Positions 50,183 through 63,249 of a stretch of DNA of 64,000 nucleotides are shown here, piece by piece. A program made the position numbers and the translations under genes. Positions within the stretch are counted from its first letter, which is position 1; each line of letters opens with the position of its first letter. The notes under the pieces are model-generated. The model ran no database searches, was not told the DNA's origin, and saw only the letters and a program-made list of their open reading frames with translations. This DNA is from Marsupella aquatica (taxonomy: Eukaryota; Plantae; Marchantiophyta): contig OZ316892.1 in the NCBI GenBank assembly GCA_973895155.1, forward strand, positions 20,161,869-20,225,868, given 5' to 3'.

Positions 50183-51344
50183 TAAGTTAATAATACCTTC
50201 CTCTAGATGATCACATTGATTTGCACGGGAGTAATAGCAAAACACCAGATCCTCGACGTCAGTAAAGTGAGGAATCATTTACCAGTACCTCGGAAACCTC
50301 TAGACTGTACGTATATAACTATTTGCCGTTGTTATGCATTCCAAAATAATTTTGAATCCGATTCCTGATCCGATCACTCGAGACAGGAGATGAAGCAAAC
50401 TAAGCAACTATACAGGGACCTGATCTCTCTCCGTCACCCCATAATTGTTATATGAACTCTACCGTATCTCGATTGTTGACACCAACAAAGTGATTCGGTT
50501 GTGACTTGTACTAGCCACTGACTGTGATGTTAAGGTAATGTTTGATGGTATGTGTTTAAAAGGAAACACGGCTGCCCCAATATGGGTCATAGTTAATTCA
50601 ATCGACATGAGCAACTGAGACCTAAATGCAGCTTCCTAGAAGTTCCTATGAGCAAGCGCATGGTCGTCAAGTTGTTCGAAAAGAAACAGAAAAAGAAAAA
50701 TATTGGTCGGGGGAATTGGCTCTTTTTCGGCAGTCTAGGCTGAGTCCTGTACATTGTCAACAGTATGATGAATTTATGTGCCCCACACTTTCAGTAGGCT
50801 AGCTGGCACTTTTTTTAGCTTGTACGAAAAAGTTTCTTGTACTTTGTGGATAGGTTGCTCTGGCTAGTCTGACCCCTATTCCACGGTTAGACCAGTGGCC
50901 AAAATTAGCCAAATTCCACTTTCATGAGAATCCTGACCTACTTCTAGCTAAGAGCTGTTTGATACATGCACAGAATTATAGCTTGGTAAGTTTCCGACGG
51001 CACTGCAGTCGCATCTCATTAATTCTTCTGTCCGTCCGTGGTTTTTAAAGAATGCGATTGTGATATACACTCAGCAGTGCCCGACTATACAGCTGGTTTG
51101 CGCATTGCCTGGCCATGGATTTCCACTCCATCGCAGTGCACGTGCTCCTTGGACCTTGATGCATCCTATCCTGTTCAACATAGACTTCCACGTTGATGTC
51201 TCATTCACTTTTATACATTGAACGCTGGACAGAATTAAGATAATGATACCTTACACTACATGGCCACGTTGATACCCGAACGGAAGTAATAAGAAAACAC
51301 TCCCATGTAAACTTCTACAGAGTGTAGATAAGTACTTACCTATC

Positions 51345-51560
51345 CCAAATTTATTCCGAATCCGATCACTGGAGACGGGACATGAAGCAAACCAGTGATA
51401 CGGGGATTCTGATTCTTAATTAATTTCCGTCACGGCATAATTGTTATATGAAGTCTAGTGTGTCTCGGCTGTTGACACCAACACAGCGTCCTGCAGAGCG
51501 TTTCAGCTGTGATTAGTTGTTCTATGATCGGCTTATGATGTTAAGGTGTATTTTTAAAGG
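51345..51560 (+). repeat. Diverged direct repeat of ~50345-50565
   Basis: Shared ccgatcact..gagac.gga..tgaagcaaac, cataattgttatatgaa and gttgacaccaac blocks. Confidence 0.8.
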
Positions 51561-53271
51561 TAAACCAGCACGCGTTTCTGTCTTTGATTAATTGCTACAA
51601 TCCACATTTTCTGCTGGACCTCAGAAGGTGCATGTCAGGCGCCGATGTGTACACCAAATTTTCCACGTCTAAGAACTTTATCATTGGCCGATGATACGTC
51701 GGCCGATTCTACCAGAAATCTGCTTCCACAAGCAATAATTAATCCACTTCGCTGAGTGTATAAGAAAGGGGTGGCAGGAGAAAACCATATAGTACTTCTA
51801 GCTGGTTATCTGGGATAGTGGACGCCACCTAACTGCAGTCCTGCGCGGGTACTACATTTTTCCGAGAAACCGACTCATGTGATGAGCCTGCCAAATACGA
51901 TGTCTTGATCGTTGCTCGACAACGTTTATGTCTCAGCTCACGGTGCCAACTGACAGATCGAAGAAGCTGCAAGTGCGGGAGGGGGCCCGGGTGGACATCA
52001 GGTCAGATCGATTCTGCACCTGCATCAGTTGCCGGATCGATGGAGATATGCTGATTGTCACCAAGACTGTTGATGAACTTTACTAAAGAACAGTGCTTTG
52101 AGGGGTCAGGTACACTTCAGACTCCCCGGCCCAATTCTCGGACCTTCGCAGATTGAATGCATAAGACGGAAGCACACAAGACGCAGAAGGACGCTTAGAT
52201 AGGAGGATTTATGGGCGGGCCCAATGGAGTGGCCATTTCTCGATAGCAGCAGTCTGGTTCCGGCCGAAAACTACACTTACGAGCCTGCAGCTGCAGTAGT
52301 CCCACGAGGTATACCATGCTATGTCCTTCACCGACCCTTCCTTGAGTGCGTTGTTTTTCGTGTACAAGTCTAGCTGAAGAACACATTGAGAGCCATTCAT
52401 TTAAAAATACTATCCATTCTCAGTCCGACCTAGTGACGGATGGGCCGATGCATTATCTTCTGTTAGGAGGGCCGGACTACTGCCATCCACCTCGGTTGGT
52501 CAGTTTCACAACACTAATGGCTATCATCTGAGGGAGAGCTTTTGAAACTCTGCTCTTTCTTTGACTACTGTCATCCACGGCTGTTGTTAAGTTTTTACCA
52601 GACTCATGGCTATCATATATCTGAGAGAGAGCATGTCACGTACGCTAGATTCGTCGTCAGGTCCTGGTATCGTTACCGAATCATGTGCTATTTTACCGAG
52701 CTAATTTCTGGGTTATTGGACATTAGTTGATCGAGAGCTTACGCTGTCGGCTCATTGGGGCCGATTATATGCTAGTTACGAGTCCTGTCTCAATGTAGCT
52801 GGATATGCACGACCATAATCTGGTGGGTTTTGTCTAACAGGTCGAATATCCGTCCAAACTTGATTGTCTTCACTAGGGGGTATAGAGGCGCTGACCCTGA
52901 TCGCGTACGTACGTGGACAAAGGCTTGAAACCACAGTGGGTGTGCACCCCATACCAATTTTGTGTGAAACTGTATACGGATTCACAGGGAAGCCAAAAAC
53001 GTCTTTGTAGTCGGCCACATATTCTGTACGGCAGGCTGGAAACTGCTATAGCAAGGTATATTGCCTCTAGCTATCCATTTCCGTTTCTAAACACAAGTTG
53101 CCAGTTCACCCTATACATCGATCCGAGATTTGATAGTCACTGAGTTGTTTGCAAAGGGTTACTATGTATTGACAAGTCTGTTCCCCGTTGCAAAAGTGTA
53201 GGTCCTCAGTCTAAGAGGTACATTTCGCTGATCACATTTCATTGAATGTCTTATCCACATCATTCAGAATC

Positions 53272-56200
53272 ATGGCAACTGTGGCAGTGGTCACCGAGGT
53301 TGTGACGTTGGTGAGCGGGATCGTCACCATATGCAAAACAATCTCCGACATTGCGTCCAATTTAGAGGCTCTCGGAGGGACATCGGCCAATTTTCCGTCT
53401 GACATTGAAACCCTTCACAAAAGGATCAAGGCTGTTGAGGAGAAACTCAGCATTCGTGGGGAACGCGTGAATGGCAACGTGGTGAAGAAGTTGGAGACTG
53501 CGAAAGCCACACTGTTGAAAGCAGAGTCGGACATACAAGATCTGAAGAAAAGATTTGAGAGCAATAAGTGTTGCTTCCTGCGATGGTGGTTGTCTGTCAA
53601 ATTATACATGAATTCATTCTCAGCTAAACTCGATGAACCATTGCATCTGTGAACAAGGCCTTAGACGATGTCATCAAAATCATGAAGGACGATATAGAAC
53701 TAAGAACTCTTGCGCAACAGGATGCCGACCTTCAGCCTATCCCTACAAGAATTTCCGATATCGATGACCTTTATGTTCCAATGGAGGAGGTACAGACTGC
53801 TGTCATCGCAGCAGTTGAAAAATTGGATGGCCCTCCGATAGTATTGCTGCATGGTGGTGTAGGTAAAGGGAAATCTACTCTAGCTAGATATGTACATAAA
53901 ATTTATCAAAACAGAAAAGAAGTATTTCAATACGTGCTCCTAGTCAATTGTGCAGGTAGCTCCAAACTGGATCCTTCGAACAAGCAGTATGAAATCTTAA
54001 GGAGACTTTCTCCCGCCAGCTTAACCACTAACCCAGAGCGAGAAAATAGTGACTTTAAGTTTAGGATTGCAGAATCCCTCCATGAGTTTTTCCTGAGTGG
54101 CAGCAAGATCTTAATTATTCTGGACGATATTTCCGACCCTCATTTCATACATGAGATGTTTGAAAGCTTCTCAAGGTGGTACCCAAGTGAAGTACTTGGT
54201 TACTTCCCAATATCGCAATTTGTGTCACAGCTGTACGAATTACTCTTTTCCTATTCTTATGAGTGATCGCAAACATGATGAGGCGAAGACCATTCTTGCA
54301 ACCCTTGTTGGACTGAAGGACAACTTAATTCCTCAAAAGTTACAGGTCCGTTTCTGAAATTCAGTTTCAGCCCTTTTTGTTGGTTTGTTCCTTACCATGT
54401 TCCAGAGTTTACATTGGACTTTACAATTTACAGCAGTTCCGGTATTCCTATTTCGTTTTTGTGTAGCATTGAATCATTTAACAAGTTATTATATGTTAAA
54501 CCTTCTTTATCAATATTGGTTTTGCAGCATTTAACAAGTCGTGCATTATTTTCTTTGACATGCAGCGCATTGGAGATCAGATGATAAAGGCTACAGGTGG
54601 CAACCCATTAGCTCTCGCTTGTTTGGCGAGTAATTTTGCTAACAACCAAGACAAGACAGATGTGCGTGCATGGATGGAAGCCTACAAAGCACTGTGTCAG
54701 ATACTTGGCGATCCAGAGAAAAATATTGTCCTCGGGGGCAATTCTGATGATACTCCACCAAGAAGTCTTTGGGCTGCTATGAAAATCTGCATTGATTATT
54801 TGGAGAGCCGAAATGCTAAAGATATTTTGTTCTTGATGTACGCTTGTGAAGGAGAATCAGTCCCAGAGGAGGTGTTAAGAATTCTGCATGCTACTGCAAA
54901 GACTTCGGGTGGCATGTTTTCCAAGTCAATTGCAGAATTACGGTCCAGGGAACTCTTGAAGGACAGTACGAATACAATTGCACCCAAGTTGAATTTTGAT
55001 AGTAGGGACCAAATAAAGTCCAAGTCATGGTCCATGTTGACTACACTGAAGCTCTACATTGACAAGCATATGGCTAGTGACCAGGAAATGAGGTCCCTTT
55101 TCAGTTTCTTGCAAGGGGACGGTGAAATTCAAGCGGATTCTAGTATCAAACATGAACGGGGCTCTGAAGTAGAACCAATGCAGAACGGGCAGACCAAAGT
55201 GGCCATTGCTCTGTGTGCATTGTACTTCGATGGCGATCACACAGATAAAATCGTAAAAGAAGCTGCAACTTGGGCTTGCAAGGCGTCGCATATGAACGAC
55301 TGGAATGCTACTATCAAAGACAGGAGACGAAAGGCCATTGAGCCCCTAATCTGGTTGCTGGACCAGACAGAAGACGACGATCCTACATGGAGAGAATCAC
55401 ATATCGAGTGTTTGAGACAGGTACCTTCTGCTGCCCCTGCTTCCTTCCCTGTCGAGTTTCACACAATACTCAGAATTCATTCGTTTCTGTTGTTAACGTA
55501 GTACCATATTGAATTTGCTGGAACTAAATAATGTCTTCACTACGACATATGGTCTGTACCATTCCCCGTACCATTCGTGAAACAGAATGTCTATGTTTTG
55601 TAAGTATGGAGCCCGCTATTGAGTCATGGTCATAAAATTATCAAAACTCTAAAACGGCAATGTTAAAGATAAGAAATTCGTGAAAGAACAGCTTGCATTT
55701 GTCGCTTGAGCGATCTTTCTGGTTTACAGCAAAAGAACAGAAACAAAATTAGAAATAGAAATATGCACTGATTTGTACTCGCATATTCCAACATGGCCTC
55801 AATGGAGTGTTCTGATATTTTTCTTTACCTTCCAGTTTGCCATAGTTCCAAACGAGACAGATTTGTTTTAGCGAGATTCCAACAATCGATTCTCGGTCCC
55901 CATGTAATTGTATGACTTATTATTGTGTTTCATAATTACAGATATTTCTGAGGTACATTTGTGTCAACGAGCTTGATGACAGCAACATCTGTATCCTGTT
56001 GAATTTGACGAGCTGTCGATCAGCACAATTGGCAATGCTCGTCGCTCTTGCCAACATTCTAGACATCGAAGAAATACCTTTGCTAAAAAGTGATCGTCTG
56101 ACTTTTATGGAACCACTAGTGCACATTTTGAGATCCAATGCAGATTTCAAACCAAATATTCAGAATGCTGCTTGGAACGCACTAGATAAAGTTGCCCGGA

Positions 56201-58065
56201 AAGCTCGTCAGGAAATGCAATCAGATTCCATCGTAGAAAGCACGCCAGATCTTTTGCCCACATTAGAACGCTCTCTTCAAGATTCAGATGGGCGTGCAGA
56301 AGATGCTGCGGCAATTTTGGGGACGCTGTCAGGTGTCGGTCGTAAATCAATTAGACAACACATTCTCACAGAAAGTGGGGCCGCGTTGCTTGAAAGCCTT
56401 GTGAAGTCTCTCTCCAAGGACAAGAACCCTAAACTACAGCAAAATGCAGCATCGGTTTTAAGCAATCTAGCATGTGGACTTGACACAGTCAAGCTTAGAA
56501 TTGTGGGTGAGGGTGGGGCGCTGGAGGGCCTCGTGGGGGCTATGTCAAAGGATCGGAATCCAGAATTGCAAGTAGTCGCAGCGGGGGTGTTGCACAATCT
56601 AGCAAGTGCACAGGAGACAATCAAGCTCAGAATTTTGGGTGTAGATGGGGTGCTGCAGGGCCTCGTGTGGGCTCTGACAGAGAACCGGAATCCCAAATTG
56701 CAAGAAGTGGCAGCGACTGCATTGCACAATCTAGCCATGGGAGGGGAGTCCATCAAACTCCAAATTTTGGGTGCAAATGGGGCACTAGAAAGCCTGGTTA
56801 AGTGTCACTCGAACCACCAGAATCCTAAACTACAGGAAAATGCAGCACGCTGTTTAACAAGTCTAGCAGCTGGACAAGAGACAATCAAGCTCAGAATTTT
56901 GGGTGAAGATGGGGCGCTGAATGGCTTCGTGGAGGCTCTATCAAAGGACCGGAGTCCCAAATTGCGAGAAGCGGCAGCTGCAGCATTGCAAAGTCTAGCC
57001 ATGGGAGGGGAGTCCATCAAACTTCAAATTTCTGGTGCAGATGGCGCACTTGCAGGCCTGGTCAAGTGTCTCTCCAACGAGAACCCCAAAGTACAGGAAA
57101 GTGCAGCCTTGGCTTTGACAACTCTATCAGGTGGACAGGAGACAATCCAGCTCAGAATTTTGGGTGAAAGTGGTGCGCTGGATGGCCTCGTGGGGGCTCT
57201 GTCAAAGGACAGGAATCCCAAATTAAAAGCAGCAGCGGCGCAGGCGTTCCTAAATCTAGCTGCAGCAAGGGAGTCTTTGAAACTCCAAATTTTGGGTGCA
57301 AATGGGGCACTTGCAGGCCTGGTCCAGTCTCTCTCCGAGGACAGGTACCCTAAATTACAGGAAAATGCAGCATGGGCTTTAAGCAATCTAGCAAAAGGAG
57401 GGAAGAAGATCAAGATCAGAATTTTGGAGGAAGAGGAGGCGCTCGAGGGTCTCGTGGAGGCTCTGTCAAAGAACAGAAATCCCAAATTGCAAGAAGCTGC
57501 AGCAGGGGCGTTGGTTAATTTAGCTACAGGAGGGGAGTCCATCAAACTCCAAATTTCAGGTGCAGATGGGGTACTCGCAGGCCTGGTCAAGTCTCTCTCC
57601 TACAAGAACCTTGAGCTACAGGAAAATGTAGTACTGGCTTTAAGCAACCTAGCAAAAGGAGGGGAGAAGATCAAACTCAGAATTTTGGAGGAAGATGGGG
57701 CCCTCGAGGGCCTTTTGGGGGCTCTGTCAAAGGACAGGAACCCCAAATTGCAAGAAGCAGCAGCGGCGGCGTTGCACAATCTAGCCATTGGAGGGGACTC
57801 AACGAAACTCACAATTGTGAACAAGGAAGGTGCACTTGCAGGTCTTCTGAGGGCTTACTCGGAAGGCAACAATCCTCGTTTGCGGAAAAGTGCTGCGTCC
57901 GCTTTGGTCAAATTGGCGAATACACGAGACCCATCAATCAAGACAAAGGTGAGGTCCGAGCAGGGCTGGGGTGGCTGCTCTAACCAAATCTGCAGTGGAG
58001 GTCACTCTGAGTTTCGGAAGGAAGCACATCTGGCTTTGAAGAATCTTGACGTCGATAAACCTTAG
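53272..58065 (+). pseudogene. Atypical NLR-like gene: N-terminal helical (RPW8/4-helix-bundle-like) domain, NB-ARC and ARM repeats; two frameshifts in exon 1
   Basis: Exons 53272-54345, 54566-55420 and 55942-58065. P-loop GGVGKGKST, Walker B LIILDD, RNBS-B YLVTS, GLPL-like GGNPLAL, and 12 repeats of 43-44 aa. Confidence 0.85.
56385..57950 (+). repeat. Coding ARM-repeat array, 12 units of ~132 bp
   Basis: aagcttagaattgtggg (56491) and aagctcagaattttggg (56623) are 132 bp apart; consensus ALxGLVxxLSxxxNPKLQExAAxxLxxLA. Confidence 0.95.
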
Positions 58066-61000
58066 GTCTGGAAATGGCTGGACAGGTCACTTTTAAGACT
58101 CGGCTCGTGAATACCAACTAGAGCAATGCTATGTGGCATATTTTACTACCTCACTAGCTTGGAATTTATCAGTTGGGAAGGACTGGTACGTCCAAGGTCC
58201 AGGTCCAAGGTCCAAGGTCCAACTCCTATCGTGCAACGCAATCTTGGATTTCTCAAAGTCATAAGAAGGTCAATTGTCTATATCAGAGTCACCCGAAGGC
58301 TTCAATATCAATGATCGGGGCTTAGTGTTCGCTTGTCTAACAAGAACAGTTTCTCACTTGTATTCAGGTTAGTCTCCCAAGCTTGGGAACAACAAGACAA
58401 ACTGGAGCATCTGCTAGCAAGTAGGGCAATTCTCTTTGAACGAGGGGTAGACAGGCAATGCTACAACTCCAGGGTGTCTAGACAATTGGTCCTGTCCACG
58501 CCAGACTTGATGGTTACATTCACAATCATCACTGATTCAGGGTACTCCATGTTGGTGCCTTCCCTTTATAAGCGAAGGCCTCTCCCACTGCTCGGACAGC
58601 AACTCGCTCAGCTAGAAGTTCCTTGCTCACGAATACCTTGCTTCTTTGGTTCGTTGAGAATTACCAAGTTAGAGATAAGAAATCTTGTAACTGGTTGCTC
58701 AAATATTTCTTCGCTAGTGCTCCTTGTATTTTCGCAAGACGACTGCTTTCCTCCTTTACTAGCAAGCTCACTTTCCTGCTTGTTCTGTTTGTAACTTCAC
58801 CCATTTGACATTCCGTAGACTTGAAAATGCATTCACACTCGGTTGTCCGTTGCTGACGGCCATCTCAGGAGTTTGAAAGGACTCTCGGGAGAAAGGTTTA
58901 CATGGTGCTCAATTCCTCCGGCCTCAATGGGCAGTGCATTTTCCGTTTGTACTGTGTGTCCCACATGTTTTGTGGTAATTAACCTTCCATGATTCAATTT
59001 TTGGTTTGCGATTCAACGGATCATGATTGTTTTCTTTTCTTCTTTTCTTTTGTTTTGGGGGGGGGGAACACCCAAAACTTTTTAATTTTGATAAGACCGC
59101 GAAAACCCCACGGTCTGGGGAAACAGATAAGCAGACAGAACCTGGATCATGATCGTTTTGATCATATTCTAGTGGATTTACGTCATCAACTGTCATTGAC
59201 CTTCCATCACAAACCCAGACTAGTTATTTTTGCATGCTCTAGCTGATGTGAATAATATATAGGCGGGTATGTTGGAGGTGGCGTTTTGCAAGTCTGACAA
59301 CATATGTTGAGCTCTTTCAAGCAGGTTACAATCCTCACAGAACTACAACCAGTCCCTTAAATTGATACTATACAATACCAACACGTCCTCAATTGATCTC
59401 GTATGGTCCAGTATATTTTATTCAGGGTGAAACATATTCCCACAGATAACTTATAAAACACCTGATCAGGCTATCTAACTCTGGTAGGAGCTTTCGTTCA
59501 TCATGAAGAAAAACGCAGAGGGTAAGATTATCTATTCACCACACATGATAAAATTTCCCCAGTTCATTTTACAGAAGATGAGAGCAATTTCTAAAGACTG
59601 TTATTTATCACTTAAACAGGACGAACCATCTTCTCATGGGGACTAAACCACTATCTACGTTGTGAGCAATGAGTTCAATTTCGCTTGCAAGGTAGGTTTG
59701 GCATGGTGCATTGACTAGCAGACACAAATTGACTAGAGGCAGAATTTTCTTAGATTCAAGGATAACTTGAAAGACATGGAAGAGTGCAATGCCTCGTTTT
59801 AGCTCTTCGAGTCTTGCCAGCTAGAAAAGTGTGGAATCGGGGAATCGTTTTAATACCTGAGAGATTCAAAATCGGACCTTGGCCCACCATGTCACCCGAA
59901 GGTCCGCAGGTCTGCAGACTGAAGAAGATGGGGATTGCGCTGCGCTCTCTGGGATTCTGGTGAGTCCGTTGATTCTCATTGTTTTGCAATTCACTCTTTT
60001 ACAAACGGCAAAGCTAACAAAGTGCATTTGGAATTCGAGGAGCACCGCACGTCGCTGAAGCCCCTTCATGTGACTATGGCAAGCGCGTCTCTTGTACATT
60101 GCCAGTGGAGGTGCGGGCTCTCAAATCACCACGCTAAGTTGAGCCCCCTCTAATTCTGCTGAAAGTTCGTGAAAGACTACTGAACCGGCTCGGGCTGCAA
60201 GACCCTCAATGCCGTATGTGAGGTGCTCCTCGACAAAGGAGGAGGGGCCCCAAGTCCTGCGAGCTGCAGTGTCGGCAGCGACAGGTTTGTCAACGCATGT
60301 AATATGAGTGCGGCTCCAAAGGGCAGGCGCAGGTTAGTGTAGCATCACATAATTATGTGTGTTGCACAGGGGGGGCAATCTTTGCTACACTTCGGAGACA
60401 AAGGATTATTGATCCTTGCGCTTCGGGGTTGTTCCTGAAACGTGAACATCAGCCAGAAACCCATGTCGAATGTGTTGTCCACTCGGGCTAAAGCTCATGT
60501 GGGATGGAAAATGAGCCACATGAAAGCGATTGAAATTCGACTAACGCGGAGAGAATATGCACGATCCAAAGGACTTCAAACTTTGGCTTACATGCGGTTA
60601 GCCCTCAATCAAGATCAAGCGGAAACATCCGGGAATATAAACCCATCCTGCACAGGCTATATCTGCGACTCTTCCGACCGTGGCGCACTTTGCAGCATGA
60701 GCAATAGAAATCTTATATTCAGATCGGTAGAAGCCAAGAACACTAACAATCTTCATGAGAAAATTTCACGTCGCCGTTGTTTTTAATGTCAGCTTCGCAG
60801 AGTAGGGAAATGATCCGTTGCTCAATTGGAGCTAGGAGACGAACAATCAACTCGTTTCAAACTGCGCATCCCGAGTGATAGAGAGACCAAAGCCAAGAGG
60901 AGCGCAAGCAAACGCCTGCATCGACAACGCTTGTTCGAGAACGAATAGCCTAGTCAAAACATGTGCCCATTTGACTTGATTCCAGGAAAAACGCAAGAAA

Positions 61001-63249
61001 GTTCACCCAATGGAACTCCGCGAACTCTTTCGACTCAAACACTTAAAGCATACTTAAGAAATGTGAACGGAAGGGTGCGGTCAAAAAGCAAGCAACGAAA
61101 AACAGTCTGGAGTACATCACATTCTGCTATACGGGCACCGGAGCTAGCTTGAAGCTCGACCGCCCTGAAAGAAGATCATGATAGTGCAAACTGCAATCAG
61201 AGCGTCACGATCGAAAGGTGTAGAAACCACCATGAAAGGAAACATTACCTGCAGCTAGCATCGACGGAGGCTTTCGTATGTTGAATATAAGGCTCCAATC
61301 GCCAATCTTCGTCTCACTTGGAAATTGAACGACTTGAGTACATGACAATGAGGAGAATGAAGAAAGGGTCCAGACAGAAATGGTTGAAACCAAGTGCGAA
61401 TACGGGCAGACAAGTTCATGGTGAAAGGGATCTCAGCGCGTACATTCATGAAGTTGTGCAGGTCGGCCAGAAAGTTAGGGAGGACCTTCTCAATTGATGA
61501 AGCCCGGTGGCATTGATAAAACTGAGTACATTTAATGTGTGTTATGCCACCTCTGGTGATGTGAAACTAACCATAAGGTCATCACGTGTTCTCAGTATTC
61601 ACGAACTGTATCATACTGGGAATACAGCAGCATTGGATGCAAGCCAAAACAACAGAAAGGTCGACGTGCTACAAGGTCGTGCTACAAAGCAAGGGATTGA
61701 GGAAAACAAGCAGGGCAAGGCACAATAATTACACCGACGTTCAAATGAAGAGGAAAAAAACTGCTCGAACCGATTTCAAGCATGAAGTCAAGGGATTGAA
61801 GCAGATGGTTGGATAAGTGAAAACAGACACGACACAGAACGAAATGTGAACAGCAGAAGAAGAAGAACCGAGAGCGTTCTGCTCCTCAGAAGCAATCGAA
61901 AGAAGTCTACTGACAACAGCCAAGGACTGCAAGACACTGCTCAATACAAACTCAAAATACATGCATGCAAACACCTATTGGTTGAACTCACTCGCTGTTA
62001 ATTGCAACGACAACTCTACAACCACCTCAGTTCTTTTGTATCTACAATTTGTGAACCCCCCGATGTTCACAAAACCTGCTCGAAATGCTTAGAATGGCAC
62101 GTACTCTCAGTCCAAACCTCCATTGACTTCGGCCCTATCTGTTGCCTGTGTTGCCCTCCCTCCCACCAGCTCTCGCCTCCAAAAGCTCCACACTGCAAGC
62201 TTTTCCAGCGTTGCCATGGAGAGGCGGGGAGACGCTGGAAAAGGTTGCAGTGTCTAGCTTTTCCCTCGCCCTCCAAAAGCTCCCTCAGTGCCAGTAAATT
62301 CCCTAACATTGCCCGCTCAAATTCTATTTTTGACCCCTAATTTGTTTTCCACCCCAAACTGGCAGCCCATGCCAGACCCCTTGACGGAGGAATAAAAATT
62401 CTGAGATTAACGTTTGAGATAGACTAAAATCACTACAAAAAAAAAATCTCGAGTGTGTTACAGGATGAAAATGCTAAACTATATAAATATCACCATTGTT
62501 CTCGGCCATTTATTAGATCCTGGGTTGGATCGGTGGCTTTAAAGGGGGCCTAAAATGAGACCTGGAAGACCTTTGTACAGGCGGAAATTCAAGGGAAAAA
62601 CTCCTCACCATTGGATTCAGACGATCATATAATGCGATCTTGCACCAGCTAGCACACAGGACAATAGTGGGGGAAGGTCACGAGGCTTGGCATGAAGATC
62701 TTAATTCTAGATCAACTGGGCGTGCTTGCACTGTAAAGGTATTGGGCAAAGAGAGTTGATTTCCCAGAATTTCTGACTCTCCAAATTCCACTTGAAATTT
62801 CCACCTCGAGGTGCTTCCTACCTACCGCTTGTGGCTTTTCTTTTGACTCCTCCTCCATCCAATGCACGCTTTATCTTTCAATTGTCTTTTAGGAATGTAA
62901 TCTATCACTTTGACCATATTCTGGAATGATAACACTTCCACTTTGGCAACATTTTGCAATCCATGAGCATAGTCGGTGCTTTCATGCATGCCTCCTTGTA
63001 CAGTACATGAGGTTCTAAGAATGATATGTTTGTTTTGTTTACCGTTGTCCCTTCCTAAGTGCATTTTTTCAGAGAAAATTACAATTTACAATTTCCTTGC
63101 ATGAGGTAGACTCTTGTGCAGTGCACACTCTGTAAGTGTATTATGTTGCTCTTCAGAAGTTTTGACAGGGTTTTTTAGTTCCTACATGCAAAGAACCTAG
63201 TACCTATTTAAACACCTGTCCATAATAATTTGTATGTTATGTTGCACTT

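Noticed and set aside
56277-57824. Antisense ORFs over the ARM array
   Set aside because: Shadow frames of the repetitive sense exon.
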